A DNA stretch of 64,000 nucleotides from an uncultured Planctomycetales bacterium (GTDB taxonomy: Bacteria; Omnitrophota; Gorgyraeia; Zapsychrales; JANLHA01). The position numbers and the translations under genes are program-made. The number at the start of each line of letters is the position of its first letter. Position 1 is the first letter of the stretch. This document shows, in pieces, positions 49,480 through 57,800 of the stretch. Under the pieces are notes generated by a model. That model saw only the letters and a list, made by a program, of their open reading frames with translations, was not told where the DNA came from and did not search any database. Location of the stretch: the NCBI GenBank assembly GCA_964400065.1, contig CAYNSM010000001.1, positions 16,685 to 80,684 of the forward strand. Reading direction: 5' to 3'.

Positions 49480-50828
49480 TCCTCTTACCCTTTTTGATTT
49501 CTAGCGCCATTGGGATTCTCTGGATAAACTTTTTGTTTAAAAAAGATACCCCACCTAATCTTTTTCTTACTAGCGCACTGGGTATTGGTTTAGGATTAGG
49601 GTTAAGCAGCCATTTGACATTCGCAAGCTTTTTATTTTTTAACCGCCTTCTGCCGGAGTTTATTATCAGCGCACATCTTGTGATTCTGGTAGCGTTAATG
49701 ATTGAACGCTTTGTCTTTCGAAAAAACAAGTCCCTAAGAGTTGATTTACCCAAAATGACATGGCAAAACATCAGCCTTGCGTCCCTTATTCTCGTCATCC
49801 TTTTTCTCGTCGTCAAACAAGGCCTGTTTTATCCTTACGGCGGTTGGGACGCCTGGCAGGTTTGGAACTTTAAAGCCAAATTTCTATTCTTGTCCGGGGA
49901 ATATTGGCACAATCTTTTTTCAGCGGATCTTTGGCGCAGCAGCCCGCATTATCCGCTTCTTTTGCCGCTGATCAATGTCTGGGGCTGGTTGTTTAGCGCA
50001 AAACCAAATGACACAACACCTTTAGTCACATCCATTCTTTTTTCGTGTTTGACCGCCGGATTATTAAGCAGCGCTCTTTGGGAAAAAACAAAAAACGTTT
50101 TTTCACTCTTGCCAGGTCTTTTGATCCTGACCTTGCCGTTTTATATTTTGCTGGCCACGACCCAATACTGCGACATTGTGCTTTCGTTTTATCTCTTAGC
50201 TTCTATCGTCGCCCTTACAGAAGCACAAAAAAAGAACCGAAAGCCATTGGCCTTGCTCGCCGGACTTTTGGCCGGCTTTCTGGGATTTACCAAACCTGAA
50301 GGCTTGATCGCTTCCCTTATTCTCTGCGGCTTGGTCGTCGGGTTAACCCTAACAAGCAAATTGCGCAAAAACAAAAACTTTTCTTTCGTTTGCGCCGGAC
50401 TTTTTTTCTTAGGATTTGCCCTCTGTTCTTTACCAACCTTTGTCTTTAACGTGCTTTACTCGCCGGGCAATCAGACATTTGTCAATGGTCTGACTTCGAC
50501 ACTCAAACCGTCGACATGGGAGCGGCTTCAAATTATTTTAAATTTTCTTTGGGTGGAATTTAAAAGCGCCAAGTGGAATGGCTTGTGGATTTTACTTCTC
50601 TTAGGCTTAATTCTCGGCGGCAAAAAGCCGTGGGTCAAGACTAATATTCTCAGTGGCTTGTTTTTGCTGTTTTATCTAACGGTGATTGTTGCGTATTATC
50701 AGATCAATACGTATTTTGAAATCAAATGGTGGCTTTCGGTGTCGCTAAACCGCATTCTCTTTTCGCTCTTGCCGCTTTTTTTGTTGTGGGTTTTTGGGAG
50801 CCTGCTCGACAAAAATAATAATCCGTAG
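49476..50828 (+). CDS. polytopic membrane protein, possibly a GT-C-type glycosyltransferase
   Basis: About 12 hydrophobic helices. 450 aa. Convergent with the giant-protein operon. The functional assignment is speculative. Confidence 0.55.
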   Translation: MILLPFLISSAIGILWINFLFKKDTPPNLFLTSALGIGLGLGLSSHLTFASFLFFNRLLPEFIISAHLVILVALMIERFVFRKNKSLRVDLPKMTWQNISLASLILVILFLVVKQGLFYPYGGWDAWQVWNFKAKFLFLSGEYWHNLFSADLWRSSPHYPLLLPLINVWGWLFSAKPNDTTPLVTSILFSCLTAGLLSSALWEKTKNVFSLLPGLLILTLPFYILLATTQYCDIVLSFYLLASIVALTEAQKKNRKPLALLAGLLAGFLGFTKPEGLIASLILCGLVVGLTLTSKLRKNKNFSFVCAGLFFLGFALCSLPTFVFNVLYSPGNQTFVNGLTSTLKPSTWERLQIILNFLWVEFKSAKWNGLWILLLLGLILGGKKPWVKTNILSGLFLLFYLTVIVAYYQINTYFEIKWWLSVSLNRILFSLLPLFLLWVFGSLLDKNNNP

Positions 50829-50840
50829 AAAACAGAATCT

Positions 50841-53800
50841 CTAACGCACTTCAACTAAAGAAACATCTTCTGCCGGCGGCGTTGAAGATAAGCCTAAAAG
50901 CAAAGGCAAACTCACAGGCGTTGTCTGAATGATAATCGGCGTAATGCCGCTAAACGGGACGATGGCAGAGTTTTCAGGATCAAAAAGAATTACTGACGAG
51001 GCCGGCCGGTCTGTTTGTTCTTCCAATTGCCAATTTTGTGGATTTAAGTCAATACCGCCGGGCGGCTCTATATCCAGAGAAGAACTGACAGATTTAGGAC
51101 TTTGCTTTTGCTCTTTAAGCCAAGCTTCAATCTTTGGTTTTAACATTTTAACCGCCTCTGTAAAACCCTGCATTGAGGAGCCTGCACCATTGTGCCGCAC
51201 GCCAAGATTTCCGACAGTTTGCGCATATTCATATTCTGCCCCCGGGATTTCAATAGCCAAACGCGTTTCGTATCCGCCTGTTTCTTGGCTCTGCACAACA
51301 TGCAGATCAAACACTCGCCCAGCAATATCAACCTGCGTTAAGAACTCAATTCTTTGATTCTTATACTCTGGCTGAATCAGATTTAACCGTTTGGCTTGAA
51401 TCTCATCAAGTGTCAAAACCTTTGTGGACTCTCCCAAAGGAGCAATAGACACAATCCCTTTGCTGGCTGCAGTTTTATTAAAATCTCTCAAAGCCTCGTC
51501 AAATGCTTTAGAAAAATCTGTCCCGCTTTGACTAGCATAAAGATTTCCTCGCCACCCTTGCGGCCGATCATTTTTAATAAAACGAATATTGACTACTTTT
51601 TTAGGCTCATCGCGTACTTTTTTCTTACCTTCCCACGCTCTATCCCGACCGCCAGATAACTCAATAATCAGCTCCCACGGCTCACCGGAAACATTAACTG
51701 GCGCCTTGACTATTAAACTTTCTCCGTGAGCATAAGACTTTTGCGCTAAGACTTCGCTGACAGCTTTTAAAATGCTTTGCACATTATTTTTTTCTGATGC
51801 TGGCACTTGGGTTAATCTGCGTCCAACGACCTCTTGCAGGGAAGTTTCGCCTTGTTTACGAACTAGCTCAACGTCCCACGCATCATTCTCAAAATAATCT
51901 TGGCTAACGACAAAAACATCTTGATCTGCATAACCTTGGTCTTTAATGAAACGTTCTAAAGCGGCCCTCGCTTGCTTCTGATCTTGGGCACTTACTTTTT
52001 GTCCCCCTTGAGCAAGACGATCAATAATTTCTTTTTTATTCCCCTGAAAAGATTCAATCTGTACTCTGGTCACGTCTAGGCCTATTCCACCCGGATCAAA
52101 ATGAGGAATAATATTTGTATTCAAAAAAGACATATCCGCTGGCTTAGCTTGTGTATCAGCTATTCCCTTTCTTTTTTGTGCATCTGTTTTAGCTTTTGCT
52201 AAATCCGTCATAGTCTTACTTAAAAATTCTTTCATAAAGTCTTTAAAAAACTGGCCAGACTCTCTTTTTGAAACGGTCTTCTCTTTAAACATCTCTGCCG
52301 CTAATTCTTTCGCCTGATTGCGACGCTCTGGCGATTGACTTCGGTCATATTGATCTGAAAAAATCCTACGAAAATGATGAAGCAGCAAATCTGTATCAGT
52401 AAAATATTCGGCAAACTCGCGATCGTGCGAAACCTCATGATATCCCATATGCGTTAAAAGTTTTTTCAAGAATTCTTGTTCCTTCGCTGAAAGTTTTTGT
52501 TTAACCTTTGACACTTCTTGTTGATACTGCTTGTCGCTTTCATACAAAGCATGACCTTTTTCATGTTCACGCACAGTATTTGCATCATCTTCTCGCAAAT
52601 CATTTGGATGAACCAAAATATTGACATTTTTGTCCTCAACAAACTTGCCGCCTTGATTTTTAATCACTCCATTCTTTTCCAAAAAGTTTCTAAATTCTTT
52701 TTCCTCTCGTGATAATTTATCGCCGGCCTGATTAAAAAACCGCGCCAACTCATCAGCGGTAAAGTTATAAGCCGTGAATAATGAATCCTTCTTTTCTCCA
52801 AAATAATCACTATGTATATCCCCCGTCGATGTCAAAAGCTCATCAACTTTTTGTGGACTGACAACCTGCCCCTGATAGGCAGGATGTTCTTTCCAAACTC
52901 CAGCACGATTTAACATATCTCCCATTTCACGCATATTTCTGACAGCAACTTCCTTTGTACCCGGCAAACCTTTGACATCTTCCATAGCCAACTTTTGCCC
53001 TTTAGGAATTGAAATGGGCTTTAATTGATTAACTATTGGAGCAAAACCATTTGGCGGTGAATAAACCTGCGGGACATATTCATCCTTTGGCATCGTATAT
53101 GGAATACTAATCGGCTCCTGAGGAACATACTTCATGCTGTTTTCTTGCTCAACTGGCTTTTCCCCAACTTTGCGCGTTAGCCTTTGAATACCTGCCTGAC
53201 CAATAGGAACATCGACGACCTCACCGTTTGCACCTAATAAAGCATGAGGCGAACGTTTTCGTTCTTCTTCCGATAAACCAAAAGGATTTTTAGGATCAAC
53301 GCCTTCGATAAACGCCGTCGTCCGATTAGAAGACAAAGAATCATTTGGATCTAAAAACCCTTCCCCTAAAGGTTTTCCATCCATGCGCATTATGAGCGGC
53401 TTTGATTCTTTTTGCTCGGCGGAATTGGATGCTTGTTGCTCAGCAGATTTTTTTACGTCTGGCAAACTTACAAGAACCGCCTCTAAACTTGGCGCAGATT
53501 CAATTCGGTGAGTTTCATTTCCCTGCGGCCCCCACAACACAAAAAAGTGAAACAACAAAGACACACTCAGCGCGGCAACAAAACTACGATTCTTGCTTTC
53601 ACGATTTAATCCTAAATAAGTTAAAACTTGATAAGCTCTACCCTTTTGGACACCTTCAACTTCTAAAGCACTGCCAGCAACGACAGATGTTTTTTCCTCT
53701 AAATTTAAATTCGTCACATCAACCCCACCGGAAAAATACTTTCGAGGGATCATCTCCTGCGTCTGCGGGTCAACTTCTTCTTTAATAATGTTGTAAATCC

Positions 53801-54809
53801 CTTTTTCAAAAGACTGCAAGTATTCCCCGTAAATTTTTTCTTTAAGCGAAAGGTCGTCTGTCTCAACGCCCACAATTTTATTCTGCTGGACATAATTTTT
53901 TCCCAAAAAACTTTCGCGCAAATGTTTTTTAAACCAAACAGCCAAAATAAGCGAATGATACACTTGTCGCAGCGGCGCAAAATCTTTGCCCTCATTGACT
54001 TGTTTTTCGATGGTGGGAAGGATGGTAGAACGAAAGATATCTGATGAGGCGCTCGACTTCAGAACTCCCCCTTCCCCCTCTTTATCTAAAGAGGGGGTTA
54101 CTAGATGATTCTCTTTATTAGAAGAGAGGTTTCCCCCACTCTCCCCCTCTTTTTTAAAGAGGGGGCTGGGGGGAGTTAAATCCTCCGCCAGCATGACCTT
54201 CAAATGCGCCTGAGCGACAAAAACCTTGTCGTCTTGACGATAAATCTTGGCAATATCCGGCACGATCCAGACTTTGTTCTGTAGGGAACGGTCGCGACCG
54301 TTCCCTACTTTAGCCCAATATTCTTTCCCCAAATCCGTATCTGGATTCGTTAAAGACGCCGCTAATTGTTTTAAAAGATAATCTTGCGCCAAAAGCGTCA
54401 TGCCCATTTTAGTCGATCCAAATCCGTCGGGAATAATCCTGTCCTTCTCATCCGGCGAAAGATTGACCCACATATTTTTGTCAGGGACAGTCAAAGACGC
54501 CAAGAAATATTTGATCAACTCTTGGGATTCATCTGTCAAAGCTTGCCCAGCTAAATTTTCCTCCCCAGCATCAATGATAAAATTAAATTTTAAGGGATCG
54601 TCGGAAAAATATTGTAAACCACGTAAAACAACCGGAGAATACTCGAGCTTTTCAGAAACCATATCTCCCGGCAAAGGTAAAGCCGCGGCTTCTTGCCCAA
54701 ACGCCGGACTAACCGGCATCAAAACTGCATTGACGACAAACGCCAAAAGAATGCCGCACGAAATATTGCGTCGCAGGGGACGATTGTTTTTTGTATTAAG
54801 TTTTATCAT
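50841..54809 (-). CDS. giant secreted protein A (1322 aa), paralog of downstream-strand neighbour
   Basis: Signal peptide. Shares about 450 aa of N-terminal domain with gene B. Internal hydrophobic segment. Single HEKGH motif. C-terminal GGIDLNP...PLLLG region. Confidence 0.8.
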   Translation of the reverse strand: MIKLNTKNNRPLRRNISCGILLAFVVNAVLMPVSPAFGQEAAALPLPGDMVSEKLEYSPVVLRGLQYFSDDPLKFNFIIDAGEENLAGQALTDESQELIKYFLASLTVPDKNMWVNLSPDEKDRIIPDGFGSTKMGMTLLAQDYLLKQLAASLTNPDTDLGKEYWAKVGNGRDRSLQNKVWIVPDIAKIYRQDDKVFVAQAHLKVMLAEDLTPPSPLFKKEGESGGNLSSNKENHLVTPSLDKEGEGGVLKSSASSDIFRSTILPTIEKQVNEGKDFAPLRQVYHSLILAVWFKKHLRESFLGKNYVQQNKIVGVETDDLSLKEKIYGEYLQSFEKGIYNIIKEEVDPQTQEMIPRKYFSGGVDVTNLNLEEKTSVVAGSALEVEGVQKGRAYQVLTYLGLNRESKNRSFVAALSVSLLFHFFVLWGPQGNETHRIESAPSLEAVLVSLPDVKKSAEQQASNSAEQKESKPLIMRMDGKPLGEGFLDPNDSLSSNRTTAFIEGVDPKNPFGLSEEERKRSPHALLGANGEVVDVPIGQAGIQRLTRKVGEKPVEQENSMKYVPQEPISIPYTMPKDEYVPQVYSPPNGFAPIVNQLKPISIPKGQKLAMEDVKGLPGTKEVAVRNMREMGDMLNRAGVWKEHPAYQGQVVSPQKVDELLTSTGDIHSDYFGEKKDSLFTAYNFTADELARFFNQAGDKLSREEKEFRNFLEKNGVIKNQGGKFVEDKNVNILVHPNDLREDDANTVREHEKGHALYESDKQYQQEVSKVKQKLSAKEQEFLKKLLTHMGYHEVSHDREFAEYFTDTDLLLHHFRRIFSDQYDRSQSPERRNQAKELAAEMFKEKTVSKRESGQFFKDFMKEFLSKTMTDLAKAKTDAQKRKGIADTQAKPADMSFLNTNIIPHFDPGGIGLDVTRVQIESFQGNKKEIIDRLAQGGQKVSAQDQKQARAALERFIKDQGYADQDVFVVSQDYFENDAWDVELVRKQGETSLQEVVGRRLTQVPASEKNNVQSILKAVSEVLAQKSYAHGESLIVKAPVNVSGEPWELIIELSGGRDRAWEGKKKVRDEPKKVVNIRFIKNDRPQGWRGNLYASQSGTDFSKAFDEALRDFNKTAASKGIVSIAPLGESTKVLTLDEIQAKRLNLIQPEYKNQRIEFLTQVDIAGRVFDLHVVQSQETGGYETRLAIEIPGAEYEYAQTVGNLGVRHNGAGSSMQGFTEAVKMLKPKIEAWLKEQKQSPKSVSSSLDIEPPGGIDLNPQNWQLEEQTDRPASSVILFDPENSAIVPFSGITPIIIQTTPVSLPLLLGLSSTPPAEDVSLVEVR
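54074..54165 (-). repeat. in-frame palindromic repeat units in giant gene A
   Basis: CCCCCTCTTT-atct-AAAGAGGGGG (54074-54097) and CCCCCTCTTT-ttt-AAAGAGGGGG (54143-54165). Confidence 0.85.
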
Positions 54810-54830
54810 AAATCAGACTTTATCTAATTT

Positions 54831-57800
54831 CTAACCAGCCGAATTAGCCGCCAGTTCTGGTTCTCTGGCTGGTTCTTTAGGAGCCTGCCCTAAAAAGATC
54901 GGCAAGGTCTGGGCATTGATCGGCGTAATGTTAATGATGACAGGAAACAATCCCTGAATATTAATCTGTTCCAAATTCTGTTGGGGCAAAGGCAATGGAA
55001 CACCTTTCCCGTCGCGCTTAATTTGCAAATTCATGTTGGTTGGGTCAAAGTCGATACCACCCTTCGTGAAATCACCTTCTACTGTCGGCGCGGAAGAACT
55101 ATTTGCAGGTGCCGAAGAAACATCTGGCAACTCATAGATCATTGACCCGGAATGTGCCAAGGCATTGATTTGATAATCTGCCAAGCGTTCCCCTTTTTCC
55201 ATGACCTCAATTAAGTCACGAACTAAAGGATTTATAGGATTAATAAAACGAAAACCATGTTTCCAATAAAAAATGACTGCCGTTCGTTCAATCGCTTCTC
55301 TCCCAAATATTTGTTTTCCTTGCACAATAAAACTTTTTCTTCCGGTTATTGTCTTAAGAATGTCCATCCTCCCATGCAGAATATCCCAACTATTAATCTT
55401 ATCCTTTCCTAAAGCCACACGCCTTGTCTGAACGTCACGAAGGACATTAAATGTCAAAAAAATCGAGTCTGTGTCTGATTGTACCGGAATCATACTCGCA
55501 CCATATGCAAGCGGCTTATCGTCTGAATCCACGACAAGTTCAAACCAACGGTTTTCATTTTGATCATAAATTCCAACCCAACGCAGATCTCCGATTTGCG
55601 CAATTTTAACCAAATTTTCTTTTCCAAGATCATACATCCCAGGAATGTTGCGCTTTCGCGAATGTAATGCCCTCCAAAACTTATCCACCCAAAACATTCT
55701 CTTATCGGCCTCAACATCCTGCACATCCACCGTGCTCGACGCGGCGGGGGGAATATCTACATCGATTTTCTTACCTGCCTTAGTTGCATCAATTACTGGC
55801 ATTACTTTATCAGCGGCGGGCCCAAATAAAGTCTTATTATCGCGATAATTTGCACCCAAAGAATTTCTATCCAGAGCTATTAGTACAGCTTCAATTTGCT
55901 TTCTTAAACCAATCAACTCCCACTTATCACCGTATTTAAACGGATATGTTTCTCCATAACCTTCCAAATAACTAAAAATACTGGTATTCAATATCCATGC
56001 CGTATGAAATAAATCTATCAAATCATCTTTTGTTACAACTTGACCATCATTAAATTGAGTAAAATAAACTAAAGCCTCAATTAAATCACGAGTAGATACT
56101 TGTTCGCGATTTTGAAAATTTTCCAAAATACGGTGGTAACGAACATATTGAGATCCATACCTTTCATATCCCGGCTGCTTTCCAATAAGTCTCTGCCAAT
56201 TTTCGTGTAGCCGATTTTCAACCTCTATTGTGCCCTGTCTCAAATCTGAAACTATCTGCTCCTCATTAGACAATTTGGAAGCAATGGATGGACTCGGTTC
56301 AATCGGTTTTTGGCTTTTTTCATACTCGGTTGCCGCGTCTGAAAGTAAATTCTGGGCCGCCTGAAAATCAGCCCAATCTTTTAGACGATCTTTTGCACTT
56401 ATAAACTCCGAACTTCCGATCACTTGCTCCAAAGAACTTAAATCAATGACCATGTCGGCAACTTTTTCACGGGCCTGCGTTGTATTTAATATAGCTGCTC
56501 CTATCGACGGATCATTAGCAGCAATAACGCGCTTTAAAATCTGAAACTCCACATCCGCCGTTATCTCAAACCCAAGTCCAGTATGACTCGGTGTCGGATT
56601 GGCCAACGTTGCAATCAGTTTAATCATCCCACTCTGAGTTTTGGGTTGCTGCACTAAAGCATCTAACAAGCTAATCAATTGCTGACCAGAGATCTTTTTC
56701 CCCGTAAAATTAACAGGGTTAACTTGCGCAGGAACGTCCGTTGACATAGCAATAGCTTTTAATGTCCCAACGGCTTCTTGCAGCTCTGTTAAAGCATCTC
56801 CTTTTAATTGACCACTTTGCGCTGCTTCTTCGATAAGTCTTACGACTCTCGAAATGTCAATCACAGGATGACTCGCAAGCGTTCTACTAAAATAATTTAA
56901 TATTCCAGGATTTCGACTTCCGAAAGCTTTTATCACAATTTCATCAGGACTATTTGCTAATGTGGTCGCCATATGCACTATTTTGGCAATAGCAGCTATA
57001 TCTGCATCGCCCGGATTATCTCTCAATTGTTGGATTGATTCTGCTAAAACTTTAATCTCGCCTACCGCGCTGGAGGCGAGGGAATCAATAGTGATGCTTA
57101 AAATATTTTGAACGGTAAATCCTTTAATGTCATAAGCATCTTCTTCGAGACTAGGGACTTTAACGCGAACTATTGTTGTGCCATCAATGACCCTATCTTT
57201 TTTTCCTATCGTCTGGCCATTAATTTCAATGATTGAACCTGTGGGCGATTCCGTGGTTTCTTTACTGCCATCAAAATGTTTATACGTCACAGTAACGCTA
57301 TCACCCCCCTGAAGCAATGAAACTGCATGGACAATCTCTTTTTGCACGTTAAACGTTTTCCCAACTAATTGTGCTCTTTCTTCGTCCAAAGCGCTCGAGG
57401 CAGCGAGTGTGACGGAAATGATTTTATCCAAAGACATCAGAGCATAACCTTCGAACTTAATCTTTCCTTTTTCTCTATCGATTTTTTCTATTTTAGTCTT
57501 AGTAGATATACTTTGCTCATTCGCACTTGCCCAATAAGTGAATGAAACAATTTTTGTCCCAACGCTAATTAAACTGCTTAAAACGCCTTCTTCAAATTCT
57601 GCACTAGTCAATTCTTGATCTTTCGGCAAAGTTACCGCAATCCCGCTGGAGGCGCTTTTGCTATCTGGAGGAAGACTCTTAATTAAATTTTCTATTTCCT
57701 TCCCAAGCGTACGAGGAGTGACCTCCTGAGTTGATTGGTCAACACTCCCATCACTGCGTGTTATTTTAGAAATTGTCCTCAATTTTACTATATTTGGCAA

